64,000 nucleotides of DNA from Planctomycetota bacterium (GCA_965223265.1 OZ244999.1:4412188-4476187), one strand, 5' to 3'; shown: positions 50,574-62,034, counted from the stretch's first letter. Notes: generated by a model from the letters alone, not told the origin. Numbers and translations: made by a program.

Positions 50574-51128
50574 ATGCAACCAGGTAGAAAGATTCTGAAT
50601 CTACGCTGCGACAGAAAGATCTCTCAGCAAGATCTCGCCAAAGCCTGTGACATCACTCCGAGCGCCTTGTCAAAAATCGAAGCCGGCATCAACTCACCGC
50701 GTGCCAACATCATTTGGAAGATCGCTCGCAACCTTGGAGTCACGGTCGAATACCTCCTCGATGAGGAGATGCCCTATCCATACCCAAGTCAGAACTACCA
50801 GGAAGGTGAGCTCAGCGTCGACGACGAGAACGCGCGACCGCGCGTCCGTATGGATGTCCGGCCACAGGAGAAGGCGTTCCTTGAGTCACTGCGCGGATCG
50901 CATTCGATCTGTCGCGAAATCGCCTATACCCTACCGCACGCGAATGTCGAGACGATTCGTCTGATCCACTTTTTGCTCAACCACTCGAGAATTAAGAACC
51001 CCAGCCATAAGTTTCTGAAGAACTTCGAGTTCTTGCTGACGAACGGCGACTTGCCAGGGAAAGCCGAGACGACGCCGGCCAAACCGCGAAAGAAGATCGC
51101 GAAGAAGAAATCTTCGAGTCGCCGTTAG
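50574..51128 (+). CDS. XRE-family helix-turn-helix transcriptional regulator with unknown C-terminal domain and Lys-rich tail
   Basis: HTH_XRE signature (LRCDRKISQQDLAKACDITPSALSKIEAGINSPRANIIWKIARNLGVTVEYLL). I chose the start at the Met immediately before the HTH (coordinate 50574). The ORF continues upstream to 50232, but that stretch looks non-coding. Confidence 0.7.
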   Translation: MQPGRKILNLRCDRKISQQDLAKACDITPSALSKIEAGINSPRANIIWKIARNLGVTVEYLLDEEMPYPYPSQNYQEGELSVDDENARPRVRMDVRPQEKAFLESLRGSHSICREIAYTLPHANVETIRLIHFLLNHSRIKNPSHKFLKNFEFLLTNGDLPGKAETTPAKPRKKIAKKKSSSRR

Positions 51129-51227
51129 CCTGCATGCTCACGCGCCGCGGCCAGACAATGAAAGGCGAAAGACGAATGCGTTTGGGGCGTTCGCGTTGCA
51201 CGCAATTGATCAGCCCTGTTGGACATC

Positions 51228-52100
51228 TCAGTTGAGCAGCGCGGCCATAGCCTCGCCGATCTTGTCGGGCGTCTCACTGATGCCGCATCCAGCCGCCGCC
51301 AGCGCCTTGACCTTCTCCGCCGCGGTCCCCTTACCGCCGGAGATGATCGCTCCGGCGTGCCCCATTCGCTTGCCGGGTGGGGCGCTCTGGCCGGCGATAA
51401 ACGCAGCGACAGGCTTCGTGATCGAAGCCTCGATCAACTCTGCTGCTTCTTCCTCAGCGGTGCCACCAATCTCTCCAATCATGACGATCCCTCGCGTCTC
51501 AGAATCGGCCTCGAAGAGGCGCAGGGCGTCGACAAAGTTCGTGCCGACGATAGGATCTCCTCCGATTCCGATGCATGTCGATTGTCCCAGCCCGAGCGCA
51601 GAAAGTTGGAATACCGCTTCGTAGGTGAGCGTGCCACTTCTGGAGACGACGCCAATGGAGCCGGGCTGGTGAATGTATCCCGGCATGATTCCAATCTTGC
51701 ACTGGCCCGGAGTAATGATTCCCGGGCAATTCGGGCCAATCAGACGCGGGGCGTCCTCACCCTTGAGCACCTCCGTGACGACGGCCATGTCACGCGCCGG
51801 AATACCTTCCGTGATGCACACAATCAGCGCTACACCGCTATCCGCAGCCTCCAGAATCGCGTCCGCGGCGAACGGCGGCGGCACGTAGATGACGCTGGCA
51901 TTGCCGCCAGTCTCCTGGACGGCCTCTTCCATGGTATCGAAGACCGCAATGCCGTCGACGTCAGAGCCGCCGCGGCCAGGAGTCACACCGGCAACAACTT
52001 GCGTACCATACTCGACCGCCTGCCGGGTGTGAAACGTCCCCGTGCGTCCCGTGATCCCCTGAACGATGAGGCGCGTTTCCTGGTTGACCAGAATACTCAT
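51228..52100 (-). CDS. sucD: Succinyl-CoA synthetase alpha subunit
   Basis: CoA-binding Rossmann region ([12 protein letters not shown]) and the active-site His loop (GHAGAII). Overlaps sucC by 4 bp. Confidence 0.95.
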   Translation of the reverse strand: MSILVNQETRLIVQGITGRTGTFHTRQAVEYGTQVVAGVTPGRGGSDVDGIAVFDTMEEAVQETGGNASVIYVPPPFAADAILEAADSGVALIVCITEGIPARDMAVVTEVLKGEDAPRLIGPNCPGIITPGQCKIGIMPGYIHQPGSIGVVSRSGTLTYEAVFQLSALGLGQSTCIGIGGDPIVGTNFVDALRLFEADSETRGIVMIGEIGGTAEEEAAELIEASITKPVAAFIAGQSAPPGKRMGHAGAIISGGKGTAAEKVKALAAAGCGISETPDKIGEAMAALLN

Positions 52101-53263
52101 GAGTTTCCTCCGGCGGCGACGGCCTTGGCGGCAGCGTCAGACAGGCTCTTAGCGAGTGTGATCTCGAGGTTCGACTCACTGAGCAGTCGCATGCCTTCCT
52201 CGACTTTGGTCCCCTCAAGGCGAACGACAAGTGGTACGCTCAATCCAACCTTGGCGGCAGCCGCCACGATGCCCTCCGCGATGACATCGCACCGCATGAT
52301 GCCACCGAATATGTTCACCAAAATGGCCTGGACGTCCTCATCGTCGAGGATGATTTTGAAGGCCTCGGTGACCTTTTCGGCGGTGGCACCGCCGCCGACG
52401 TCGAGAAAATTCGCCGGCCGACCGCCAACGTTTTGGATGATGTCGAGCGTTGCCATGGCGAGACCCGCTCCGTTGACCATACAGCCGATCGTTCCATCGA
52501 GTTTGATGTAGCTAAGGTCGAACTCTCGCGCGCGGACTTCCTGCGGGTCGTCTTCGTGCGGGTCCCAATAGCTTTGGATGTCCTTGTTTCGATAGAGCGC
52601 GTTGTCGTCGAAGCTGAACTTTGCGTCAAGCGCGACGATCTGGTCATCCCCGGTGAGTACGAGCGGGTTGATCTCGGCAAGCGAGGCGTCCGTCTCCAAA
52701 AAAGCACGCGCAAGATTCCCGAACACCGTCGCTGCGGAATTCAAGACTTTACCACTGAGCCCCAGTCGCCGGGCGACACGGCGCCCTTGAAACGGCTGTA
52801 GTCCCCGCGTCGTGGAAAACGGCTCTTTCAGAATCTTCTCGGGACTGCGAGCTGCGACCTCTTCGATTTCGACGCCTCCCTCCGAAGAGACCAGCAGCAC
52901 CGGCTTGCTGACGGCTCGGTCGAGGACGATCCCGGCATAGAACTCTTGCGCGATGTCGCACCCAGCTTCGATCAGAACCTTGCGGACTTTTTGCCCCTCC
53001 GGCCCTGTCTGCTTGGTCACCAGCTGCATTCCCAGAATGTCTTCACTCGCCTGCAGCGCCTCTGACCTGCTGCGGCACACCTTCACGCCGCCGCCCTTGC
53101 CCCGGCCGCCGGCATGGATCTGCGCTTTCACAACCCACACGTCGCCGCCCAGACTCTCGATCGCAGCGGCGGCGTCTGCAGCATCCGTAATCACCCGTCC
53201 CTCAAGCACGGGAACACCGAAGCGCGCGAGAACTTCCTTCGCCTGAAACTCGTGGACTTTCAC
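52097..53263 (-). CDS. sucC: Succinyl-CoA synthetase beta subunit
   Basis: ATP-grasp N-terminal domain ([19 protein letters not shown]) and C-terminal ligase-CoA domain. Confidence 0.95.
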   Translation of the reverse strand: MKVHEFQAKEVLARFGVPVLEGRVITDAADAAAAIESLGGDVWVVKAQIHAGGRGKGGGVKVCRSRSEALQASEDILGMQLVTKQTGPEGQKVRKVLIEAGCDIAQEFYAGIVLDRAVSKPVLLVSSEGGVEIEEVAARSPEKILKEPFSTTRGLQPFQGRRVARRLGLSGKVLNSAATVFGNLARAFLETDASLAEINPLVLTGDDQIVALDAKFSFDDNALYRNKDIQSYWDPHEDDPQEVRAREFDLSYIKLDGTIGCMVNGAGLAMATLDIIQNVGGRPANFLDVGGGATAEKVTEAFKIILDDEDVQAILVNIFGGIMRCDVIAEGIVAAAAKVGLSVPLVVRLEGTKVEEGMRLLSESNLEITLAKSLSDAAAKAVAAGGNS

Positions 53264-53945
53264 CGTCGTGTCTCCATGACCGTTGTCGTCGATCCGACCC
53301 GGGAGATGTCGCTGGACGGAGAAACGGTCAACACCGCGTCGACGAAGTTACGGGCCGAAAAACCGACCCCCTGACGCCAGATCGGCGGCGGAGAGACCGG
53401 CTTCAGCTGTGCGCACTTCTGCGACGGGCTGCCAAGCAACACCGCTACCACGTTCGCTCGCGGTTGCCGCACGATAGTTCTGGTGAGGCGATCCAGCGAT
53501 CGATCAGGTTATCAGACGACGAAAGCGCTCTGACCAGCCGTTTCCGGGACAAGGAAAGGCAAAATTATAAAAAAGTCGATAGACACAGCAAGGGGAAAAG
53601 AGCACCCGCAACGCATCTGGCGACGTCGCTCGCCTGCCCTGCCCGAGACGATGGCCCGAGTTTTTCATGAGTTTCCACGAAGATCCAGACAGCTCCACTC
53701 CTGCGCCGGCCTCAGGCGCGCGTCCGATGTTCGCGCCGGATCGAAGACTCGCGGAGCTCAGCCCGGTGCAAGTGCGTCCCCCTCCTGCCAAATCAACCCG
53801 TGCCGCCATGGCTGTGGCCAGAGCCTTCAGACATGCGCTGCCGCGTCAGAGAAAGCTTCTGCCTGAACACATCAACGCGACACATCAACGCGTGCAGAGC
53901 GATCGTGGTGCGCCACGATCTGCGGTCGCCTCTTGGAGATATCCA

Positions 53946-54668
53946 ATGAATTGGTCCAAGTCCCACTCAACGATGGAACATCTCAGACGCCTCTTGAGTC
54001 GCGTCAACCACACGATCGGGTGCCTGACTCGGTGCTTTGTCGTTTCGGCACTTGTCGTGACGGCGGGCTGCGCGCACTACGCTGCACGCGGGCTTGACGA
54101 TCTTCAGGGCGCGGGCGCCTCCGTGCAGCAACGAGAAGCAGACGGCCTCTACATCGCAGTGGAAGACCTGACCAACCCAAGGGAATCAGTGAAATACTTC
54201 GATCGCAGTCTGGTCGATCACGGATTCGCACCGGTCATCGTGCTTCTCGAAATGGACGTCAACTCGAAGGCTCGCTTCGACGTCAACAAGGATGACATGC
54301 GTCTCGTACTCAATACCGGTGAACGACTTGAACCGGTCGAGCCGGACGCTGTCGCCGAAACAGTTGCGTACTCGTACTGGCGTTCAACTTTCGGCTTTCT
54401 GTTCCTGGTCCCAGGGTTTTTCGTCGTTTCATCAGTGAGCGACGCCAACGCGGAACTCCTTGACGATTACCAATCCAAAGCATTCAAGAACGTTCGCATT
54501 CACCCAAACTTTCGCTCTTTGAGCGGAGTCGTCTTCTTCAAGCTGCCACCGGAGAGCGCGCCGCTCGACATGCGAGACAGCTTCGTTGAGGTGAAGGTCT
54601 ACAAACACGGCGAAGACGGCGCTCTCGGTGACGTTTTCGATCTCGCCGTACATTTCCACGACAGCTGA
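53946..54668 (+). CDS. Hypothetical lipoprotein
   Basis: Start chosen at MNWSKS... with lipobox VVTAGC; the ORF track start at 53667 is probably an over-extension. No recognisable catalytic motif. Confidence 0.45.
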   Translation: MNWSKSHSTMEHLRRLLSRVNHTIGCLTRCFVVSALVVTAGCAHYAARGLDDLQGAGASVQQREADGLYIAVEDLTNPRESVKYFDRSLVDHGFAPVIVLLEMDVNSKARFDVNKDDMRLVLNTGERLEPVEPDAVAETVAYSYWRSTFGFLFLVPGFFVVSSVSDANAELLDDYQSKAFKNVRIHPNFRSLSGVVFFKLPPESAPLDMRDSFVEVKVYKHGEDGALGDVFDLAVHFHDS

Positions 54669-54804
54669 CGCGACGAACTATGCGGCTTGATCGCGCGACG
54701 ACCTTTCACGACTCTGACGACCTCGGCGAAGGCGTCCGATCTGAACGCAAAGACGTCCTTCTGACTCAGCTTTCCAACCGGCGTCCTGAATTAATTGAGG
54801 CCAC

Positions 54805-57357
54805 ATGACTCGTACACGAGATCGATTCGAGAATCAGCCAGCGCGCAGTTCGCTCTTCGTCCCCTGGATCCTACTCGCAGCCTTAGTGGTTCCTGGCTGC
54901 GGTGGACTGAGTCAACGATCGCAGGAGTTGTACGAACAAGCTCAGCTCGCCCTCGACAACAAAGATTGGCAGCGAGCGCATCAGCTGCTCTCCGAAGTAC
55001 TTGAGCAGAATCCCGAGTTTCCTCCTGCCTACATCGCGCGTGGACAGGCTGAGTTCGGCATGAAGTCGTTCGACAAGGCGGTCGAAGATTTCGACGTAGC
55101 CCTGAAGCGCGGCGGCCTGAGCCCGGACGAACGTTTCGTCGCCCTGACGTTCAAAGGACGCTGTGTCATCGAGAAGGGAAGGGACTTGCGTCGGGACTTG
55201 AACGGCATGGAGAAGGGCGCGCGTTCGAAACTGCTCAAAGAAGTAAGAACGACCTTCGTCCGCGCCAACGCTCTTCTCGTGAAAGCAGTGGAGCTCAAAC
55301 CGGATGGATACGACGCCGTCCTTTGGCGCGCATACTGCTTCGTGCAGGTGGAAAACCACAAACGAGCTCTTGAGCTGCTCCGCACATGCGAGAAGGTCGC
55401 GCCGAATCGATGGGAACATCGATTCGTCAAGGCTCTGGCAACCGAAGGTCTCTACAAGATCAACCCTGAAAGTCTATCTACCTATCTCGAATTGGCGCGT
55501 ACCGGACGCTCAGACGAATACGCCGTCGTGTTCGAGCACCTCATCACGACGTTTCCAAAAGTTGAGCAGGACTCACAGCGGCGCATCTTTCGCTATGTCG
55601 AGAACTTCGTCAAAGCAGTGCCAGGCCACCCGTCGACGCTGGACTCGTTCCTGAATGAGACCCAGGAGCAGATTCTGCGCGAAGAACGTGAGGAGCGGAT
55701 CCGCAACGGCATCGCCCGAGCCGAAGCGTTCGCAGAAAATCAAAAGTATCAAAACGCGATCGAACTTCTTGAGACACTCATGGCCAAAGAAGGGGACTCG
55801 GAAGTTGCAGCTCAGTCTCTGCAGGACGTTCGGGAACGCTGGTCTCTGTCCCTCGAGGCGCGGGCGGTCACCCGTTCGACGTCGGACGACAAAGAGCAGC
55901 TACGAGCTGCGCTCGAAGACTACCAGATGGCACAACGCTTGACGAAAAAGGTCGACCGTCTCGGGACACTTCAGCAGAAGATCAATGCTGTCACGCTCGT
56001 CCTAACGCGCCGGGAGACGGCACTGAAGCTTGAACGCAGTTTCGAGCAGCTCAAGAAGGAACTGTTCGCCGAAGCGCTCGCAGAGCTCCGTGGAATCTCT
56101 CTCGATGATCTCACGCCGGAGGATACGGATCTCTACCACTACCTGCGAGGCGTGGCCAGCTACCACCTGGGTCACTGGAAAGTGGCGGCGAAATCCCTCG
56201 AGCAGATCGTGCACCGCGACTACCCGAACATTGATACTCTCCAGGGAATGGCGCTCATGAAAGGAGACGACGCCGAAGCCGGCGCTCGCATACTCATCAA
56301 CGTTCCCGCAGAACGTCGAACTGACGAAGTCCATCGCAGTCTTGCTGAATACTTCCTCAAAGGTAACGACCTTGAGAAGGCCATTGGCTACCTAGGAGCC
56401 ATCAAGAAGAAGACGAACGCGGACTTCGAAGCAGAGCTCGAAGCACGTGAGACGCTCGGACGTCAATTCTTCGAAGACCATAGGTACGATGCCGCGAGAG
56501 ATCACCTCGTCGCCGCAAAGAACCTCCTGGAGCAGAAGCTGGACCGCAAAGCCCCCGACGTTTACCTCTATCTTGGGCATAGCTACTTTCATAGCGAGGA
56601 CTTCGAACGAGCAAAGAAAGCGTACACGGACCTCAGCAGCTCGCGGCTGACCGAGGCGGAAAGAACTCGCTGTCGCGAACTCTACCTTCAACGTGCCAAG
56701 ATCTACCTGCAGGAACGACTCCCTGACCTTGCCTACGAAGATTTGTCGACGTTCGAAAGACTGGGCGGCGAGTTTGCGGACGAAAGTCTCGTTCGAAAGT
56801 ATTCCTGGCTAGTTGCCACGTACGCCGACTATATGCCACTGACCAAAATCCACTACTGGACCTACGTCAACGTAACGACCGGCAAAAGCTCGCGCCTGTC
56901 CGTCGGGAATCAAGTGGACGGCGTGTACAAGATTGAGCGACACGAAGATCACATGACGACCGAGGAGTCGTGGGCGAAAGAAGGGACGACTCTCATCAGA
57001 AAGCTTGGGGGCGACATTTGGCGTCTGCCGATCAATCTGGAGCCGGCGACGGACACCTTTCCGAGCCACGAGTATCGCGCCGACGAAGGAAGAGTGAAGA
57101 TCGAATACAAGTCGGAGATTCAGTCGAACGGGGAAGTGGTCGAGCTCGCTGACGGCAGGACGCTTCGAAACTGCATCAAGGTGCAGCTCAAAAAGACGCG
57201 CTCCGAGCCTGGCAAGGCGGTCTCGTTTCTCGTCTACGTGTTCTACTTCGCACCCGACGTTGGCGAGGTGAAGCGCGAGGTACTTCTCGACGGAGAGAAA
57301 GTCTCCGAGGTCGTGCTCTCAAGTTGGGCGTACCGCAGCGACACGCTGGGCAATTAA
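54805..57357 (+). CDS. TPR-repeat lipoprotein (850 aa)
   Basis: Lipobox LVVPGC. Multiple TPR-like units (AYIARGQAEFGMKSFDKAVEDFDVAL, LWRAYCFVQVENHKRALELL, etc.). Confidence 0.6.
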   Translation: MTRTRDRFENQPARSSLFVPWILLAALVVPGCGGLSQRSQELYEQAQLALDNKDWQRAHQLLSEVLEQNPEFPPAYIARGQAEFGMKSFDKAVEDFDVALKRGGLSPDERFVALTFKGRCVIEKGRDLRRDLNGMEKGARSKLLKEVRTTFVRANALLVKAVELKPDGYDAVLWRAYCFVQVENHKRALELLRTCEKVAPNRWEHRFVKALATEGLYKINPESLSTYLELARTGRSDEYAVVFEHLITTFPKVEQDSQRRIFRYVENFVKAVPGHPSTLDSFLNETQEQILREEREERIRNGIARAEAFAENQKYQNAIELLETLMAKEGDSEVAAQSLQDVRERWSLSLEARAVTRSTSDDKEQLRAALEDYQMAQRLTKKVDRLGTLQQKINAVTLVLTRRETALKLERSFEQLKKELFAEALAELRGISLDDLTPEDTDLYHYLRGVASYHLGHWKVAAKSLEQIVHRDYPNIDTLQGMALMKGDDAEAGARILINVPAERRTDEVHRSLAEYFLKGNDLEKAIGYLGAIKKKTNADFEAELEARETLGRQFFEDHRYDAARDHLVAAKNLLEQKLDRKAPDVYLYLGHSYFHSEDFERAKKAYTDLSSSRLTEAERTRCRELYLQRAKIYLQERLPDLAYEDLSTFERLGGEFADESLVRKYSWLVATYADYMPLTKIHYWTYVNVTTGKSSRLSVGNQVDGVYKIERHEDHMTTEESWAKEGTTLIRKLGGDIWRLPINLEPATDTFPSHEYRADEGRVKIEYKSEIQSNGEVVELADGRTLRNCIKVQLKKTRSEPGKAVSFLVYVFYFAPDVGEVKREVLLDGEKVSEVVLSSWAYRSDTLGN

Positions 57358-57425
57358 TTGACCACGTAGACGGCGTCGCGTCCGCGCACACAGGGTCAGT
57401 GGCCTCGAGTCCGACCAGACCGTTG

Positions 57426-59477
57426 TCAGTTGCCGACGGCGTGCCGCTTGCTCGAACGCAATCGGACGATGCCGGCGCGACTCGTCGCGTTTCCCTTGTC
57501 GAGGTACTTCAGCACAAACTGAAACTGCCGCAAGGCGTCGAGTCCGCGCCCCTCCTGTTCGTAGAGATAGCCGAGCAGGTTCCGGACACCGACCTCATGT
57601 TCCTTGAGGCCGCTCTCGCGGTAAGTGACGAGCTCGCCAAGTTCCGACGAGAGAAGGTCGATCGCGCCCGCATGGTCCTTCAGTAATGACCGTATGCGAG
57701 CAGCGCTCAACAAGTAGTCGAATTTATGTTGACGGTATGCTTTGCGGATCTGGACGACGGAGCGGTTGTGGGTACGGCGGTCGAATGCGAGCTCTCCACT
57801 GAGTGGTAGGTCCTCAAGCGTCATCGTTACCAGATGCCCACGTCGATCCCCGAGCGCGGCGAGAGCCTTCTCGTACGCCTCGAGAGAACGTTTCAGTAGG
57901 GTCTCCCGCTCGGTGCTCGTGAGACTGAAGTCGCCCGTCGCGACCTGAAGCGCCAACTCGGCGAAACCAAGCGTCCCTTGGAGTTGGCCAGCCTCGTGGA
58001 GTATGCTCGCTTCATACGCTGCCAGCGCCTTTCGCTGATCGCCCAGACGGCGATGACAATGCCCTTCGTATAGGTGAAGCCAAAACCGGTCAGATGTTTC
58101 GACCCCTGGTCGCGTATGGTAATTCGTCGCCTGGAGAATCGTCAGCGCCGTTTCCGCGTCGTTCTTCTCCACGATGTGAATCATAGCCAAACAAATGTGC
58201 GCACGCAGGAATAACGGGTCGACACTTCGGGCCTGCTCGAGTCGCTCCAAAGCGTAGTCCACATCTCGCTCACCGTAAGCGCGCGACGCCTCCTCCCAAA
58301 GCTGCGTGGCCTTCTCGCGCTCAGGTGTCATCTCCTTGCGGTCGGCGAGGATCTTGTAGCTGAACTGCCGTATCCGCTCCTCGTTCTCGGTCCACCAGTT
58401 CCACCAGCGTGAGATCGCTTGCCGCCTAGCCTCAGGAGCGCCGTCCGGTCGAAAGCGGAACGTCTGATCAGTGAACTCGCGTAGCAGGCCGATCGCCATA
58501 CGCCGCGCCGGCTCTGCAAGCTCAAGCGCTTCGATGATCGTCGGCAATCCCAAGAGGATCTGGTTCTTGCAGAGAGCAACCGCACTCGCGAATTGTGTTC
58601 GCCCTGCGCTCTGATTGTAGATGTCTACGAGCTCTCGATTGCGCTGAGTCCGCCGGAGAAAGTCGATCGAATAACCTCTGACAACGTCGTCCTGCTGTTC
58701 GCTGAGGGCGAGGTGCACAGCCAAAGGCACGACCTCGTCGGCGAAACGAAAAAAGAGGAAAACGAGGAGATTCCGCTTCTCCTCGCTCGTTCCATTCGTC
58801 AGCACGTCGAAGACCTGCGTGTCGTAAGCTTCGATCTTCGGATCAGTGACTCTCTTCAGCTCGTAGGTGCGAGCGACCCCCTCGAACGCGGCCTTTGCCT
58901 CAGCTGAAACCGCCTCGTCCGCCAACGCGGCCCTGACTCTATCGATGGCAAAGATGCCCCACTTGCTTAGGAACTGCACGTCCGTCGCTGTTGAGGCCTG
59001 CCCTGGCTCAGCGTCGATCACGCGCTGCAGAGATGCATCGATCGACCGAGCGAGCTCCACCGTGTAGAGCTTGTCGTGGCTCTCCACAGTCTGTCCGGCA
59101 AGAATGATGTCACTCACCTCTGCCCGTGGGATGACGACGCGAGCGCCTCCCGCGAGCGTGACGCGGATCTGCTGGCCCCCGGCAAGCTCTTCAACCTTGC
59201 CGTTGATGCGAAACCCGTCGGCATTGATCACAGCGTCAGTCTTGGCGACTTCGCGAGCAACGCGCCCTTGATCCAAATCAACGCTTACAATATCGCGCCT
59301 ACGGATGACCTTACTGCCGCCGCGACAGCGCATCTCAAGCTGCGACCCGCCAAGTTCAACAAGGTCGCCCTCGAGGCGAGTGCCGTCGCTCAGCTCAATT
59401 CGATCGGCACCGAGTGATAGAGACGAGAGGAGAGCGGCGCAGACGAGCGCCGAGAAGACGGTTAGATTTCGTGTCAT
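57426..59477 (-). CDS. Secreted hypothetical protein, N-terminal beta-rich domain plus TPR/HEAT-like helical repeats
   Basis: Signal peptide (LTVFSALVCAALLSSLSLGA) at the internal Met, so the start is moved to 59477. TPR-like segments in the C-terminal half. Confidence 0.55.
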   Translation of the reverse strand: MTRNLTVFSALVCAALLSSLSLGADRIELSDGTRLEGDLVELGGSQLEMRCRGGSKVIRRRDIVSVDLDQGRVAREVAKTDAVINADGFRINGKVEELAGGQQIRVTLAGGARVVIPRAEVSDIILAGQTVESHDKLYTVELARSIDASLQRVIDAEPGQASTATDVQFLSKWGIFAIDRVRAALADEAVSAEAKAAFEGVARTYELKRVTDPKIEAYDTQVFDVLTNGTSEEKRNLLVFLFFRFADEVVPLAVHLALSEQQDDVVRGYSIDFLRRTQRNRELVDIYNQSAGRTQFASAVALCKNQILLGLPTIIEALELAEPARRMAIGLLREFTDQTFRFRPDGAPEARRQAISRWWNWWTENEERIRQFSYKILADRKEMTPEREKATQLWEEASRAYGERDVDYALERLEQARSVDPLFLRAHICLAMIHIVEKNDAETALTILQATNYHTRPGVETSDRFWLHLYEGHCHRRLGDQRKALAAYEASILHEAGQLQGTLGFAELALQVATGDFSLTSTERETLLKRSLEAYEKALAALGDRRGHLVTMTLEDLPLSGELAFDRRTHNRSVVQIRKAYRQHKFDYLLSAARIRSLLKDHAGAIDLLSSELGELVTYRESGLKEHEVGVRNLLGYLYEQEGRGLDALRQFQFVLKYLDKGNATSRAGIVRLRSSKRHAVGN

Positions 59478-59827
59478 TGTCGGTTTCCACGAACGATCGA
59501 CTTGGGAGGAAAGTTCGAGCGAGGAATGGGAACCGGTCGCGCTGCACTCATGCAACGGAACGCAACAGAAGTACAAAACTTTGGAGGCGACCGTTTCGGT
59601 CCCGACGCGGCGTCGCTCCGCGGGGCGCGGGTTGGTGGGTTCACAGAACGATTATAGATCATCCCACAAACCGAGCCAACCCCTGCTCTTGTTTCGCTGC
59701 AATCACCACAGTATCCTGATCTCGGCGTAGGTTCGTGGCGCCGGTCTTGGCCATAGCCTTGGAAACGACGCGCCACCCCCTTCCAAGATCTTGATCGACA
59801 ATCACTTGCGGAATACCCCAACTCCGA

Positions 59828-60841
59828 ATGAGACCACAAGCGACACAGCAGCAGAAAACGACATCTGGCAGATCCAAGTCCGTCGCCGAGCTCAAGAAAG
59901 GGGATCGAGTCCGCGGTGACGTGTTCATGATCGAGACCGCAAACTTTAAGCAAACTCGCGATGGGAAATTCTTCGTCCAGATGACGCTACGGGACAAGAC
60001 CGCGTCCGTGCGGGCGATCCGCTGGGAGGCAAGTCGCGACCTCTATGCCTCCATATCTAACGCCCAGTTCCTACGCCTCGACGGACGTGTCGAGGAATTC
60101 CAGCAAAACCTTCAAATCATCGTTGACCGCCTTGACGTCGTCGACCCGCACGAGGTCAAGTTCGATGAATTCCTCCCGGTTTCGGTGCGCGACCCACTCG
60201 AGATGGAGAGAGAGCTACTCGAGCACATCGCCACGGTAAAACAGGACGATATCCGCCGTCTTCTCGTCGCGTTCGTCGAAGACCCAGAGATTCGCGAAGG
60301 TCTGCTGCGCTGCCCAGCCGGCAAAACCCTTCACCACGCGTACGTGGGCGGACTGCTGGAGCACATCCTCTCGCTGGTGAACGCAGCGAAGTTGGTGACG
60401 AAGAACTACCCGCGACTCGATCGCGACGTGCTCGTCGCGGCAGCTGTGCTGCACGACATAGGCAAGATTCGCGAGCTGACGTTCACGAGCGCGTTTGGCT
60501 ACTCCGACGTTGGCCAGCTCGTCGGCCATGTCGGGCTGGCACTGCAGATGCTGCAGGAGAAAATCGCGAAACTTGAGTCGTTCCCGGAGCCAATGCGTAT
60601 TCACCTCGAACACATCATTGCCAGCCATCACGGCCAACTTGAGCACGGAGCGCTCAAAGTCCCGATGACTGCCGAAGCCATCGCGTTCCATTTCCTCGAC
60701 AACCTTGACTCGAAGATGGCAATGATCGAAGACATGTCGAACGAGATAGCCGCGGGGTCGGGTACACGGCCAGGCAGCGGACAGTGGACTGAGTTCAAGC
60801 CGGCGCTCAGCCGGAGAGTCTTCTTCCCCGGCGACGTCTGA
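59828..60841 (+). CDS. yhaM: YhaM-like 3'-5' exonuclease (OB-fold + HD domain)
   Basis: N-terminal OB-fold. HD-domain motifs (GGLLEHILSL, AAAVLHDIGK, IASHHGQLE). Architecture identical to Bacillus YhaM/Cbf1. Confidence 0.8.
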   Translation: MRPQATQQQKTTSGRSKSVAELKKGDRVRGDVFMIETANFKQTRDGKFFVQMTLRDKTASVRAIRWEASRDLYASISNAQFLRLDGRVEEFQQNLQIIVDRLDVVDPHEVKFDEFLPVSVRDPLEMERELLEHIATVKQDDIRRLLVAFVEDPEIREGLLRCPAGKTLHHAYVGGLLEHILSLVNAAKLVTKNYPRLDRDVLVAAAVLHDIGKIRELTFTSAFGYSDVGQLVGHVGLALQMLQEKIAKLESFPEPMRIHLEHIIASHHGQLEHGALKVPMTAEAIAFHFLDNLDSKMAMIEDMSNEIAAGSGTRPGSGQWTEFKPALSRRVFFPGDV

Positions 60842-60888
60842 GTCCCCAGGCCATCGCCAGGCCACCGACCAATCCTATCGGAGGGTGT

Positions 60889-61755
60889 ATGTTTCACGGT
60901 TCATACGTCGCTCTCGTGACGCCACTTCGTGACGGTCGCATTGATCTAGAGAAAGTGGACGAACTCGTCGACTGGCACGTCGAACAGGGCACCGACGGCA
61001 TCGTCCCGTGCGGCACCACGGGCGAGTCAGCAACCTTCAGTCACGAGGAGCACGAACTTCTCATCCGCCGCGTCGTCGAGCGCACTGGTGGCCGCGTCGC
61101 CGTGCTGGCGGGAACCGGCTCGAACAGCACCGCCGAAGCGATTCGCTTGACTCGGTTTGCTCAGGACGTCGGCGCAGATGGCGCGCTTCTGATCACGCCG
61201 TACTACAACAAGCCGACGCAATCAGGTCTTGTCCGCCACTTTGAAGCGGTAGCTCGCGAAGTCTCCCTGCCGCTCGTGCTCTACAACGTACCGTCGCGCA
61301 CCGGCGTCAACATGATGCCGCCAGCTGTCTTGGAGTGCGCGCGCATTCCTAACGTCGTTGGTATCAAAGAGGCCAGCGGCTCGCTCGATCAGACGTCGGA
61401 AATCATCCGTGGCTCCGAGCTGAGCGTACTGTCTGGCGACGACTCACTCACTCTCGGCCTCATGTCGATTGGCGCAAAGGGCGTGATCTCTGTCGCAGCC
61501 AACGTCGCTCCGGCGGCGGTAGCGGAAATGACACGGCTCGCACTCGACGGCGACTTCGACGCAGCCCGTCAGCGACATCTGGAGCTCTATCCACTGTTTC
61601 AAGCGATGTTTCTTGAGACAAACCCGATTCCGGTCAAGGCCGCGATGGCGCTTCAATCCCGTATCGCGAACGAACTACGTCTCCCCATGACGCAGTTGTC
61701 AGAGGGCTATGTCGAGAAGCTGCGCCAAGTGCTGCTCGAGCTGGACCTGCTGTAG
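60889..61755 (+). CDS. dapA: 4-hydroxy-tetrahydrodipicolinate synthase
   Basis: DapA pattern (GSYVALVTPL, GTTGES, catalytic Lys in GIKEASG). GGAGGGTG RBS. Confidence 0.95.
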   Translation: MFHGSYVALVTPLRDGRIDLEKVDELVDWHVEQGTDGIVPCGTTGESATFSHEEHELLIRRVVERTGGRVAVLAGTGSNSTAEAIRLTRFAQDVGADGALLITPYYNKPTQSGLVRHFEAVAREVSLPLVLYNVPSRTGVNMMPPAVLECARIPNVVGIKEASGSLDQTSEIIRGSELSVLSGDDSLTLGLMSIGAKGVISVAANVAPAAVAEMTRLALDGDFDAARQRHLELYPLFQAMFLETNPIPVKAAMALQSRIANELRLPMTQLSEGYVEKLRQVLLELDLL

Positions 61756-62034
61756 CCTCGAGTTTGGCATTTCGTGCCGGCCTCACCGGACGAGTTTCGC
61801 TGGGATTCAAAGGCCCTTTCGACTTTTTGCACCCTGAGAACCCTTGTTCAAAAACTCCTGTCCGGCCCTTCGGGGAATGCCAATACGCAGGAACTTGTTC
61901 GATGGAACCATCGTCGCCACACGGCGGGCTTCTTTTGCGTAGATTCCCTTCCCAAGTTGGACGGATGGGTTTTCAGCGGCCTGTTAGCGTAGCGGCTCGC
62001 CTGAAAAACTCATTCGGCCGAGAAACTGGCCTCT

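Noticed and set aside
51219-52511. 430-aa plus-strand ORF
   Set aside because: It is antisense to sucD/sucC, which are unambiguous.
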